Positions 34,133-47,221 of a stretch of 64,000 nt of DNA are shown here, piece by piece. The stretch is from Oculina patagonica (taxonomy: Eukaryota). The position numbers and the translations under genes were made by a program. Below the pieces are notes generated by a model. The model was not told the DNA's origin, searched no databases, and saw nothing but the letters and a program-made list of their open reading frames with translations. Position 1 is the first letter of the stretch; every line of letters starts with the position of its first letter. The stretch lies in assembly GCF_052425735.1 (NCBI RefSeq), contig NC_135761.1, positions 17,298,001 through 17,362,000 of the forward strand, read 5' to 3'.

Positions 34133-36163
34133 CAGGGACGTAGCTAGCCTATAGGCCCGTAGGTCCGGACCTACAAATTTGTTAGCCCACTCATATTTTC
34201 ATGTACAATGGAGAGCAATTCAGGCTGAAGCACTTTCAAGATGAAATAGAAAGCAATGTGCATTGTAAATATCGCAAATAAACTTTCACGATGGGTCAAG
34301 TCTCAAGCAAGTAGAAAGTCGGAAGACCTCTAGAGTAGCCAAGTGATAGGGTATGTGTCGTCAAAGACAAGTGCGTTTATATATTTGGCAATGAGTGAAA
34401 GTTGGCCCATTCTTTGTAGTAAAATATAAAAATTTAGCTAGTGCTGTGAAATTGCAATTTTGAGGGTCTTTATCGGTAGGATGCCCTCGAACACCCCCCC
34501 CCCCCCCTCCCCACCTGCCGNNNNNNNNNNNNNNNNNNNNNNNNNNNNNNNNNNNNNNNNNNNNNNNNNNNNNNNNNNNNNNNNNNNNNNNNNNNNNNNN
34601 NNNNNNNNNNNNNNNNNNNNNNNNNNNNNNNNNNNNNNNNNNNNNNNNNNNNNNNNNNNNNNNNNNNNNNNNNNNNNNNNNNNNNNNNNNNNNNNNNNNN
34701 NNNNNNNNNNNGTAAAAACATCAGTTACAAAGATTAAAACACACACAAAAAAACTGATTTACATGTTTGCCGTGTGGGAGCACGAGGGAGACATCAGGCA
34801 ATTGATAAATCTTTTAAATTGGCTAGGGGAACTAGCAGCTCTGACATCGTGGGGAAGACTATTCCACAACTTTGCCCCACTGTAACAGAAACTTCGTTTT
34901 AAAAAAACAGTACGGGGCTTAGGTAGAGCTAACTTGTTTTCCTTGTCTCTAAGGTTATATTCTGTGCTGAATGGTGTAAATAGGTCTTGTAAGTACTCCG
35001 GAGCTTGTTTATTGATAGTATTAAACATTAGTTTCGCTTTAAGCTTTTTCCTTCTGGTAAAGAGGGTATCCCATCCTAGCTTTGATCGTAAGGCGGTAGC
35101 ACTAGAAAAGAAATCCGACTTCGTAATGATTCTTAAGGCGCGATTTTGTAACTTTTGTAATTTATCAGCTAGTTCATTGCTTAGACCATCCCACACAGGA
35201 TAGCAATAGTCGAAATACGGTTCGATGAGAGCTCTATATAGCAAAATAGCTGTCTCTTCGCAAATGAATGGCCGTAGCCTTTTAAGAGCACCTATACCAG
35301 AGGAAACAACCCTGGCAATCTCATTGACATGTTTGGTCCATGACAAATGTTGGTCAATGTGGATTCCCAGCGATTTAGTGTGGCAGACTCTATTAATCTG
35401 TTGGCCTTCTATATGTATATTTGCTGAATGGTCGGCGGTATTTGCAAGCCTCTGACGCGAGCCAATAAACATAAGCTCGGTTTTAGCAATATTTAAACTT
35501 AATTTATTTACCGTCAGCCATTCGTGAAGGTTGACAAGTTCGTTATTTATTGAATGTTCTAGTTCGGGTAAGCTATTGGCGGCAATGCTATAATGCTGGT
35601 ATCATCAGCATACATCCAAGGGGAGGCTTTACTCAGACAATTCGGCAGATCGTTGATATATATCAAGAAAAGGAGAGGCCCAATTAAGCTTCCCTGTGGG
35701 ACGCCACAGGTAACAGGGCGCGCGCCAGATAGCTCACCATTAACTAGACACTTTTGTTGGCGGTCACTGAGATAAGAGTCAAACCACCTTAGGGACTTTT
35801 GATCAATTCCATAGCAAGCTAACTTTCGCAAAAGAATCTTGTGGTCTATTGTGTCAAAAGCCTTTTTTAAATCTATAAATACCACACCATTAATAAAACC
35901 GTTGTCTATATTAACAGACCAGCTGTTAGTGGCTTCAAGCAAGGATGTAAGGGTGCTATGCATTGATCTAAAGCCGGATTGACAGTTAGCTAGCAGATCG
36001 TTAACGTTAAGATACTCATAAAGTTGTTTGTACATTAATCTTTCAAAAATCTTAGCAACAGCAGGAATAATCGAAATCGGTCGGTAATTCTAGAAGCGGC
36101 CAAGAAGAAGCGGCCTAGAAGCGGCCAAGCCTACAACTCTTCAGAAAGCTGGCTACGCCCCTG
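34133..36163. mobile_element. hAT-like non-autonomous element with 5-bp TSD, hosting a LINE fragment and a gap
   Basis: CACAC|CAGGGACGTAGC ... GCTACGCCCCTG|CACAC; absent from the copy 1 intron. Confidence 0.7.
34712..36090 (-). mobile_element. 5'-truncated CR1/L2-group non-LTR retrotransposon (RT and C-terminus), frameshifted
   Basis: [33 protein letters not shown] (35559-36035), then ...LQKLQNRA...GAKLWNSLP...FKR (34759-35472). Confidence 0.92.
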
Positions 36164-36702
36164 CACACAGTGTTATGTTAGGAGCAGAAGGAACGAAAGT
36201 TTAGTTTGATTTGAGGAATGTTGACTTTTTAGTGGGATATGGAATCCTGGGTTGTTTTTCCCCTGAGGAAGGCAGTAATATAAATAAAACCGGATCGAGG
36301 TCAATAAGGTCACCTTACAAAATTTTAGAGGATTTAAAAACATAAAGAAATATATAAAGAAACATTCAAATTGACTGGTGAAGGGTTTATGACCAAAGCC
36401 TCTCAGCGAAATGGATGGCCGTGTGGTAAACTTTATTTAAAACACACCCTTTCCCTGACAAGGGGCGTGTGGAGTACAATAAGAATTGAAGTAAAAAAAA
36501 AAATTAAAAACTATTTGTTTCTTGAATAATTTAATGTATATTACTTATAACTAGACTAAGGTGCTAATTACTTAAACAAAGCTAGAAAGCTAGATAAAAA
36601 GAGATATCGAAAAACTTAAAGGGAATTTTGATTTTTATGGAGGCAGACAAGACTGATCCTACCACCACATTTCTCGGGGCTTACCGCTGTATACACATAG
36701 CA

Positions 36703-38373
36703 CATAGCCAGAAATTCCGAACCATAGTAGGCGTGACATACGTCATTATATCCAATGCGCTGATTGGCTCACGGCTGTCAAGAAAACAAGTCACGCCAGC
36801 GCCGGCGCTGACACGCCAACTTTCAGCCGAGAAAATAAAGATTATCTGGCAAATATTTTCACTTGTCTAAGAAGATTTCCCTGAAATAAGCTCTGTAGAA
36901 ACTCTACTGACACGTTTCTGTTTTCTCCGGTCCGATTTCGTACAATGAGAAGCCTTTTCAAGCGGTTTTGAGCCGCCGTAAATCAGATCAAAAATCATTT
37001 TCGATCCGTGACCGATATGTCACGCAGCACGAAAACCCTCAGGGGAATTCAAGTCCCAGGCTCTTACTCTTCCCTAAAAACGCCGAAAAGAGCCTGGAGA
37101 ACAGCTTGAACTATTTTTGTGTCTAGTGCGAAGCGCAGACACTAAGCTATAACGCTAAAATTTTTCAGTAAGTACTTCATATACGGCAAATTATGACGTC
37201 ATACTAACCAAATTCCACTGAGATTTCTAATACGTGACAGCGTACACGAAGTATTTTACAGAAATGCTTCTCTGCGTAATAGTAATCGATAATCACTCGT
37301 TTTGCCTTCGTTACCCCTTCGTTATTCCTTCGTGAACAACTGATAAAAACGTAGAACAAACGGAACAAGTCTAATTTGAGATAATTAAGACATTAATTAC
37401 GTCAACAAACGCCAACACAATGTATTGCGCTAAAAATAATAAATTCTCGGACGTTTGAAGACTTTCGTCTCTTCATTAACGTTAAAACTGCCGTTAACAG
37501 ACAGCACGCGCAAGACCCTGCATTCAAATGGGATGAACGTTGACTTTGATTTCTTGTGACAGTGCAAGCGCGCGCTTGCGGCGAAGATGCATTTTAAATT
37601 AATTTAAATGTACACGTGCGTGCTGCCTGTTAACCGAATTAGAATTCTCTACAACTATAGTCTATGCCGACAAAAACCTAATAAATGCACTACCGTGACC
37701 GAGCAATACAGTAATGCACAAAGCTCAATAAAGCTCAGCACTAGACACATGTACGCAGTGCGGACCTATTTTTCAAAATGGTGGCTAGATTTGGTGATGA
37801 AAACAACACATACGGTGAAGAAAACAGCTCGCGTTCGTCAAGAGTTTCATCCGAGCGATTTTGAAAGTGTGCAGTCAAAGATGGACAATTTTTGGGAGAT
37901 TTCGGGAGTTTTATAAAGCAAAAACCGCAATGAATTCAACTCGAAGAGAACCAAAAATTATCGAAAACAAAAGTAATGGATGTGGTCTTCAAGTTCTGCA
38001 TTGGAATGGAGATTCTAATCTTCAGCAAGAGAGAGCATCCCAAAGCAAAGATCAGTGGTTTGCATAAACAAGACATAATATACAAAGGTTAGTATGGCGG
38101 ATCCTTGTTAGCATTCGTAAATTTTCAAGTGGAAAAAGCCGCAAGAATTTTACTTCGCTAAGCTACAAAACCCTTTCCAATTCTAAACTATTACCACATC
38201 TGAAAAAATTTTCATCGGAACAGTGAAATTCAAGCACCTCGTTCTTTGCAGCGATCGACTGAAATACGATATCTATATATTTTTCTTTTAGAAACCTGAG
38301 AGCACATGCAAACACAATTGTCACGCTTCGTGGGGGGTCGCGGTTCGGTCGTGGTTCGGAATTTCTGGCTATG
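36703..38373. mobile_element. 1.67-kb non-autonomous DNA transposon with 22-bp TIRs
   Basis: CATAGCCAGAAATTCCGAACCA ... TGGTTCGGAATTTCTGGCTATG; absent from copy 1; no clear TSD. Confidence 0.8.
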
Positions 38374-38753
38374 AGAGGACCATCAACGTCATAGTTTTAC
38401 TACTTATAGAGGTACGCACCATCATAGGTCTACATTCATAGCCTTGCTTATCACCTTCATGTCACATCAAAGGCCAAAAATTGACTAATCATCATCATCA
38501 TCATTTTCATCATCATCCTCACTATGCTATCAAGCCAGGCCAGGACTGAGTTGTGCGTCGGTGCACACAAGCTATAGTCGATAGATCTGGAAGTTTTGTC
38601 CACGTGGCCTAGGCCAAGAATTGTTCATGGGCTTCTTAAAATAACACAGCCAGTGGTTCAACTTTACTTGGTGGAGCTTCACCTCCGACAGCAACAGAAA
38701 AGCTAATTACCATAAAACTAAATACACTTGTTATTCTCTTTTTTTCTCTTCAG

Positions 38754-38769
38754 AATGGCAGTCCATTAA
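38754..38769 (+). CDS. Copy 2, terminal coding exon (R)MAVH-stop
   Basis: CTCTTCAG|A ATG GCA GTC CAT TAA. Confidence 0.7.
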
Positions 38770-38929
38770 GTGCCAAAAACAAAAGTATAAGTGATGGTGA
38801 AGATTTCAGCTGATCTCGGCTGATTATTGCTGAATGTACACAACTGGGATCTCAACTAGTAGAGATAGCTTCGTTTATAGATAAACTCTGTGTAACCTCC
38901 CTTATTTTTGACGACGAGTACTGACCTAG

Positions 38930-39269
38930 GAGGGTCTCAATGGGGTGGTGGCTTTTACGGTTAACGGTTAAAATTTGGCTGTTTTACGGCTAACGGTTAA
39001 TTTATTTCGATTACGGTTAACAGAAGTTAAAAATTAATTTCCATTGTTTTAAAAAGTTAAAAATTAATTTCCATTATTGAAAAACATATTTTTGGTCTTA
39101 GGACCATTCTGGGACGATGAAGTGACCTAGTCTGTTTTATTTAAAATTACTGACCGTTTTTTGCGGTAAACATATTTTACGGCTAACGGTTAAAACGTTC
39201 CGATTTTTACGCCTAACGGCTAAATTTTTGGCCGTTTTACGGCTAACGGTTAACCCCATTGAGACCCTC
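38930..39269. mobile_element. MITE with 6-bp TSD
   Basis: ACCTAG|GAGGGTCTCAATGGGG ... CCCCATTGAGACCCTC|ACCTAG; internal TTTTACGGCTAACGGTTAA repeats; empty site in copy 1 near 12446. Confidence 0.9.
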
Positions 39270-41929
39270 ACCTAGAGGATACAAAATGTAATTCTCTACT
39301 GTAAGCTGTCGCGTGTGAACGGTATATACTAAATAAATAGATCGGGATTGCAGAGATGTGTGTTCAAAAAAGATGCTTATGTCCTGCAGCCTCGATGAGC
39401 CAGTGATTTCTGAACTCAGTGCCCACGGTCAAGTAGGATATTTTTGTACTGAATTCCGTTTCTTGATGCCTCTGTAACAGTCTAAATTGATTCATTTAAT
39501 TACTCACGAGTGTGCTGTATTTGTCCGCTGCGTAACATATTATATTTTGATCGCTAGATAAAGCAAATCAGTTCAGATTAAATCGGTTCCGTTAAAGAAT
39601 ATAGCCTGTAGTCGATTAAAATCTCATGCATTTGTCTCAAGTTTTCAATAGTTTACTATTAAAACAATTTTATACCCTGTAGTCCTTTATTGAAGCGATT
39701 TTTCTTTCACAATTTCATGGCCTCGACAGAAACTGGTTTCCGCATGAATTAAAACCAAAGTGTAGTGACGTCACCGGACGGCATTAGAGCCAGATGTGTT
39801 CAGACGTCCCTTCTGGCGAGTAGGCGAGCAAAGAGGGATGTCTGAAATTCAGGCTAGGTTTCTGCCAGCATAAAGATAATCAGCTGTAAAGAGGTGTGCG
39901 TGTGAAACAAAATCTGAAATATTGTTCTTGAAATGTGCAGCACTTTTATATCTCGCTAGCTTTCTCTTGTCAGTCTTGTAAGCCTCAGATCATAAGACTT
40001 GAAAGTCTTAAAAAAGAAGCTACACAAGAGAACGAGGTGAAAATTCGCCGAGAAAAATGTACTGGAAAAAAAATATAATTACCGTTATACCTCGTGTAGT
40101 CGACCGACAAAATATTTCTTATCATATTCTGATTTTACCCTCAAAGTGACAGAATCCTTTAACATACTTACTTTGTTAACAATGGCTACTTTCATCGCAA
40201 TCCTTAGGCTAATAGAATGGTCCCTATCTTCTTCGCAATCAAGGAGCTCTCTCCTCCGCAGAGGCTCCTTCAGTGGAGGGGAAAAAGCGAAAAAATACGA
40301 AACTTATACTTTAAGGATAATTGCTCAGGCCTGGAATGCATTGTCCAGAGCAACTAGCGGTAACTATTTTAATACTTCAAGATTAAGAAGATAAAGGCTG
40401 AGATTAAGGCTCGCCACACGGTGCAAAATAGAGTGCATAATTTGGCCACCTTGCACAGCTATTTTCCATTTCCTCCCTGTTTTCTTTTTTTAAGAAAAGT
40501 TTTGTGCAATAGTCTCGCAATATTAGTACATCTTGTAAAGTGAAACTGAATATATCACGATTAATACAAATGCCATGGAGATTTTACAAGAAGGCACATT
40601 GCAGGGGCCAGCCAGTTTATGAAATATGCATGGGTTTGCTGCATTCAGGTGCCAGGTGTCCGTACTGTTGAAATAGATAATTGCACAGAAACAAAATTCA
40701 AACTCTCAACATCCGATATACAATGTTTTGTTTCTCTTCTATCTTTATACAACTTCAGCAAGTTATCAACATACAATATCAAGAGAACAGGTCAATTTTC
40801 TTCTTAATGTGCTTTTTTCATGTAAATCCATGCCAATTTATGAAGCTGAAGCAACCCGAATCATGCCAAATTTCGTATGATTTAGGATTTTAAGTATTTT
40901 AGCTTAATACTCTTGCCTATGTCCACCCAGGGAACTCTCAGTAGAAAAGCCTTTATCATATTTTCTCGATTTAACGTCGGGTCTCGAATTAACGCGTGTT
41001 TCAGTTCAAGGGGGTGTTGTAAATACCCCCCCTCAAGCTTTTTTTTTATTTTGGGGGTATGAAAAGCTGTAGTTGTGATGGCAAGATATATGACCGTCAA
41101 AAATAATGTATAAAACCCCTTTTTGATAACCTCCAGGCTCGAAAAAACTGCATGAGCCAGATAAAAGCAGGGTCCACCAGGCCAAGTCTGAAATAAACGC
41201 TGGGGGCGTTTTATTTAGAAAATAGTACTATAAGATTGCAATTACGTATGCTGAGAATATCGACCTAAACGTAATAGGCTCAATCACAAATGTACAAAGA
41301 GAAAAATACAAACGTATTGCAGTCGCTGTTTTATTGATATTCATATGAATATTCTGTTCACGTCTTTTTAAAAATTAATTATCTCAACTTGGAAGACGAC
41401 TATCGACGGCGGTAAAATTAGCTAATTATAATAATCATTCCTACTGCCTGCGGTTGGTTTTAATAGATGTGAATGCAATGTTATCGCCGACAAATGAAAA
41501 ACAAAATGCGTAATAATGGTAACTTGTCAATTAATGTTGAAATCAAGCTTGGAAATATTAAAGAAGTTGCTCGTAAAAAAGGCATTTATGCTGTCTTATA
41601 CCGGTACTTTCACAAAACGCTAAATAACTCATTTATATCTACATTTGGCGCCAGCTAAGCTTGACAGCAGTAAAGAAACTAGTAAATGTGTTATTTGCAA
41701 TCTGACAGCTGTTGGCTTATGTTAAATCTCCCATTTTCTGACGACAAACAAGTTAAAAGCCTAATCAAGTCATGTGACTGGTAACAGTCGCTACCAACCA
41801 ATGGTATCATTTATTATTTTGTTATGGTGATTGAAGTTGGACGTTTCTCAATTATATGAAACGCTTTGAATACAAAGGATCTTTTCTTGACATAGAAGAT
41901 ACAAAGATGAATATTATTTAACTCACAAA

Positions 41930-42301
41930 ATGATGCGAGTTCGAGCTTCAACGGTTCGAAGACGCCGAGCACAAAGTGCAACGACTGCGCTACAGAAAGA
42001 GAAGGATCTTAATAATAACAAAAACCAAAATCATGGCTCGACGCGGGTAAAAAAGAAGTCCGTGCAATGGGCTGACGACTTGGATTGCGACATTCACAAA
42101 GGCCCTCTGCGAAAATTCAATTCCGATAGCTACTTAGAGTTCGATAAGGCACTGAGAAAGCTGACCAAAGTTTCGAGTATACTGGAAAGATCGGCAACGC
42201 TGGAGAAAGATTTTGAGGAAGATTTACAGAACATCCAAAAAAGGCTCGAGACGGAACTGGATTTGAAAACCAGTGAGGAGCCCACTGAAGGGTACATTTG
42301 A
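41930..42301 (+). CDS. Uncharacterised 123-aa single-exon protein with an RVxF-like motif and a C-terminal helical/coiled-coil region
   Basis: CACAAA ATG context; unique non-repeat flanks; protein-like composition; KKKSVQWAD motif. Confidence 0.6.
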   Translation: MMRVRASTVRRRRAQSATTALQKEKDLNNNKNQNHGSTRVKKKSVQWADDLDCDIHKGPLRKFNSDSYLEFDKALRKLTKVSSILERSATLEKDFEEDLQNIQKRLETELDLKTSEEPTEGYI

Positions 42302-44894
42302 GAAAGGGAAATTAAAGTGCAACAATGTTTTCTGGGGAAAGTACAACCATACCAGCCTTTGACATCTAAGCTCCGAGACCATTCTCCTCCTCTCAACTAA
42401 AAAGCTGGAAATTCGATTTAAAGAAAATAAAATTGACTTTGAACTGTGGCGGCGAATGTCAACCACCAGCTTAAAAACTGAACAGCAAATACATAGCTTT
42501 AATTGTAAAAATATCTTGACCTGAGCAAAGTTCTTCTGAAAGAGTCACCCGAAGGCGCTGTACCGTAAACTGACCTATCGTTATGAAAAAAGATTATTCG
42601 CAGAACTCGAAAAGTTAAGGAGTTGCGTTATTTAATTTACTAGGACTTAAGTGCCAAAAAGTGTTGTTCGTCTGTTTATCTCATGAGGATCACTGAAGAA
42701 CCGCGTAACATTTGCATTACAGTAAATTATTCATATTTGATGGTCGATGAGGCGAGATTATGTGTGGCCAGGTTCTTGTGTTCTTTGTCGGCTTATTAAA
42801 AAAATGACAATCAGCAATTTGTCAATTCAATGCAGAAAAATGATTTTTTGAAAACTGGTTTTGTCATTTCACAATTTTAGAAAACGTCTCTCGCAACATT
42901 TGTCCGCGCGACTTTTTCAAAGACGGCCGGAAGTTTTGATTCATGAAGCTTTTTGTTGCTCGAAGTTGCTCGAGGCTAATAGTAGCAATCGAGTCCTAAT
43001 GTATGTAGATTAAAGAAGAAATCAGTCGAAATCAGTGTGGTTGCTTTAAGGACTAGGCAAAGTAAGAGAATATTATAATGCATGTACATAAAATGCAATC
43101 TTTTAGGGACTTTTAAGGGGACCTTTAAAATCTGTAGTGTAATTTTTCAACTTCGTGCACTTAATTCGATTCATTTACTTTGTTATTAAATATTCCAGCA
43201 TTTCATTTTGAAATAATAGTCTTGTTTCCTGCTTATCTATTCAGTACTTAAATATAAATGTTTTGATATATTTGTATCGCAAATGTCATAAGGCAACTCT
43301 CAAAATACGCCGCGAAGGAACCTAAAAAAGGTCAAAATACCTTTAAGAAAAAACGAAAATCTCGCAGTTTGTTCCCAGTTACTTACAGGCATCTTCACTG
43401 GGTTAAGGATCAACCGAATTTTGTTTTCGAGCGAAATTGAAAATGCTAATTAGTTGCGACAGAAACGTCTGCTTTTCCCATACATAACAAAACGAATGCT
43501 TATATAAAAGCGGCTACTTACTTTGAAAGGACGTAGAAACCCCCACCCCTGAAAGGGTTATCAAAGTCAGCACCCAACGGAAATTCTCCGTGCTCTTCTT
43601 GGACGTTCTTCTTGGATGTTTTCAGTAGTTCACCGTGGAAGCATTGGGTCGAATTAAGAACTTCGTCAAACCGACTGCCAAAAAAAGAGATCGTACGTGA
43701 GTGCTTGTGACGTTAAGTGTAATTGCCTTCTGAAATTGTCTATTGCCATGGTTTCTCTTATTGCTCTTTTTATAAAATGTTTTTCCCCGTTTAGGGGTAC
43801 ATTATTTTTTCCTCCTCCGCTTAATTAATATTCATGTTCAGAGGGACGGTCTTACGTCGTGGATGTGAGAATTAAGAACTCGGCAGACTATAAACAAGGC
43901 AGTTGTCGTAGTATTAGTATTTAGGTAGTGATGTTGTAGGAGGAAAAGAGGAATTAAAGAGAGTGCATGGAATAAATCAGATTTTAGACAAAGGAACAGT
44001 CTAATTTTAACTCTGGGTACCCAACAAATCAACAAATGGTGGGTAGATCCGTATGGTCGAATTCTATTTGATAAGCGTTTATTTGAAATCGACCTTATTC
44101 TTGAGATAAGTTCTTAAACCACTGCCAGCAGGACCAAGCTCGGTCTTCAATAAGTGAGGCTGCAAACATACTTACAGTACGTGGAACCCCTTTAATGCGG
44201 ACACCAAAGGTACACGCAAATATGTCCGTATTATCGGGGTGTCCGTATCAAGCGGGCTCTGAGATGAAACGTCAACGACACACAGTTTGTAAATATAAAG
44301 GCACGCCGGTCAGACACCTGAAAAAGAAAGTTGTCAAGCATCACAAATAATTATGCTCCTCTCCTCTAGCGCCGGGGTTAACCCCTAATAAAGGGCGCTC
44401 GGGAAAAGGAAGTTCAGGGACTGGAGTACCAAGATACGTGAACTTGCCCACGTCCTCAATGATTTGCTCTTTCAGGAGAAAAGAAGCCTTTTGGTTCGTA
44501 AAAAAGCTCGTGTTCTTATATTATAACCTTTTTTACTACCTTAGTAGCATTATGCATTCTCTTCTGTATCAGACGGCACGTGATTGGCTGAGTGAGACAG
44601 AAGTCCCATTTTATTCAAATATATAGATCTTCCAACTTCTGCGTAATGTCCATTGGGTGACTGTCAGCTGGCAAGTCCACTACCAGGCGCAAAAAAATCA
44701 TAGGTGATGTTGGATATTCTTGATGAATCCTAGCCTCACATCAGTGTTGACAGTCGAGGAGGATGGATACTGCTCTGTATTGTGTGTAACCTGGAACGTT
44801 GTGCCACCGTATAATTAAACTATGAACCACACCTTAACCCCTTCAGACGAAACGTCATAATGCATCAGTATTCTTAAAATGGAAGGCCCGTCGG

Positions 44895-45027
44895 ATCAAT
44901 AGTCGTTTCTGGGAAACTACCCACCTACCCCTCCCCTAACCTAACATTAACACTGACTTCTTTCTTTGGGCAAAATGTTAGGTTTGGGGAGGGGTAGGTG
45001 GGCAGTTTCCCAGAAACGACTATTGAT
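44895..45027. mobile_element. Palindromic MITE
   Basis: ATCAATAGTCGTTTCTGGGAAACT.CCCACCTACCCCTCCCC and its reverse complement. Confidence 0.8.
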
Positions 45028-46179
45028 AAGGGCTGCGTCACGGGGATTTTGTGGATTGCATTGCGCAAGGATCGAATCTCCATATTGTTCTGAAATCTAT
45101 GAAGACAACAAAAAGATGGAGAGATAGGACAGGCATTCAAGGGAATGCATGCTTAATGATAACGCCATGTCATGACCTTCCTATCCTAAATCGAGCTTGT
45201 TCTTCTCTCAGTCTTGAACTAATCCACTCCAGGATCTTGCTTGGTAGGGACAGATATTGAATGTCTCTCGCAGTGACCTTGAACTAGGGGGTCGTGGGGC
45301 GCCTTTTTGTTTTCGCGTGTACACCCAAAAGCTTTTTAGAGGGGGAGTCATTTAAAAATAAATGTCTTTTACCAAAATAAGGGCCTCCTCGTAGATCCAC
45401 CACTGTCTCAAATTTCGGCAGTTGCAAAAGTTTCCTTTCTCGTAAATCTTTACCTTTTATTCTGTCCTTCCTTTTAGCGTAATTTCCTCCTTATCCCATA
45501 TTTCCTGCAATGGGTCATGTCTGCTGTGACCATTGCATCGGCGTTCAAGGCTAAAGCGAGGTAAGGCTAAAAAAAGAATTTTAAGGTTAAGAAACCAAGT
45601 AAGTTTGTCGCCCTTACACCAGCCGGCGTAATAGGGATGAGTTGATGTTGGTGTTTTTAATCCAGTGAATAAAAGCATAATTTATAACAAGACTGGTAAA
45701 CATGATGAAGGATAAGTACTCTCCAGAATAAAATGTCGATTTCAAATAAACACTGGGTTAACACCATCGACTTTTTAATGCCCTCAGTATTTATATCAAA
45801 CTTACCTCTTAATTCTCTTCAATCAGGGCCTCCACTGCTGTTTTTATCACTCCTGGTCATCCAGTGATTAAGCGTCTCTTGTTGGATCGCCACCTCCAAT
45901 GTTTTCTTCTTGGGTGAGCCAGGCTTTTTTCGCGCTTTCCGGGGGTATGCTGGCAGGTTTTCTAAGGGTTTATCTTATCCTCTCTACTTCCATCGTCTGA
46001 TGGTGACTTAACCCCTTCTTGTCCCCTTTTCTCTCCACAAGTCGTCTCGGGGGAGATTCTTCTTGGCCACCCTATCCTAAGATCTGAATGCCTAGCTAGA
46101 GTTTGCTGATTATGTTTAATTGTTTTGACACGGGTCATCTGCAAACTTCAAATCTTCCAATTGCAACCTCTCCAAAAGT

Positions 46180-46545
46180 ATGCAGGTGCTCCCACGGAGG
46201 TCAAAAGAAACGCTACAAGTACACTTTTAAGGCCTTTGACCTCAATCCTGACACATTGGAGGACGCTTGCGACAGAAGCAAGTGGCGTCTGGCTGTTCAC
46301 AAGGTGGCAGCTGCACACAAGGCCAAACGAACCACTGCAGCTCAGGAGCGTAGGAAGGGCAGGAAGACAAGAGCAGGAAGCCCACCATTCGCCCCCACCC
46401 CTGCCCACACTGCCACTACATCTCCTCCTCTCAGGGCGAGAATTGGTCCAGCCAGCCACCTGTGCATTTACTCCAGAAGATCTTCCCGAGCCCTGGATAA
46501 CAGATGGTCTTCGGCGACCCTAGACGGACAAACAACACAACAGAA
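46180..46545 (+). mobile_element. Degraded 3' end of an RTE-clade LINE
   Basis: HGGQKKRYK...FDLNPDTLEDACDRSKWRLAV...ERRKGRK, typical of the RTE ORF C-terminus. Confidence 0.65.
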
Positions 46546-47221
46546 TATTCATCTTTTTTTTGGATTGTCGCAGCCAGCAATCTTGCCTTTTTTGCAGGCT
46601 TCTCACAGTTCTTCTCTTCTCTCTCTTCTCAGTCTCGAGTGATTTCTCTGACACAGAAATACCTGTCCATTGTGCCGGTGGGCAGGGTCACATAGCAGAG
46701 GGTGGTGTATTAAGACCCTCTTTGAACCTCTCTCGTCATAGCTACCGTTGGTACTCGACTTTTGACGGTATAACCCCAACTTTGCTGTGGTTTGTTCCGA
46801 CTGTTCCCTTTCTCCCTACTGAGACGTTTTCTGTTGTTGTGGTGTTTAATTTTTTCTCTCTGTCTTGTGTTCTTTGTATCTTTGTTGCCCGCAACCTCTT
46901 GAGTTTCCCTTGCTATTTTTTCAGTTCATTCCACGACTCGCTTCAGCTTGCGTTTTCAACGGCACAGTATCAACTTTCTGTTGTTCATGGTACAGCACAG
47001 CTGTCTGCTTGTCTCTCTTCGACCAGAATTTTCAGTCATAATATCCATTCCATTTTATCATTTCTGCAGTGACCTTTTTTTACACAATAAAAAAAAATCA
47101 AAGCTTATAGGTGAAGTCACGGTAAGAGGGGATGTCCACTTTTCCAAAAACATCCCCACGCGTTCCGCCAGTAATTGTATTACTTTTCATTTTCGAAATG
47201 TCCCTCTGGGAATGACATTTG

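Larger units (their letters stand above)
13900..38769 (+). pseudogene. SEA-domain mucin/proteoglycan-like GPI-anchored protein gene, copy 2 (7 coding exons, disrupted as assembled)
   Basis: Exons 13900-13966, 28013-29076, 29198-29304, 29667-29884, 30901-31089, 33910-33976 and 38754-38769, all GT-AG with compatible phases. Lesions: 1-nt deletion near 28181, in-frame TAA at 28941-28943, 1-nt insertion near 29857. Confidence 0.75.

Noticed and set aside
44835-44870. Possible hammerhead ribozyme near CGAAACGTC
   Set aside because: No properly placed CTGANGA core or supporting helices.
45820-46110. Possible minus-strand RTE fragment
   Set aside because: Too degraded to delimit or support as a feature.
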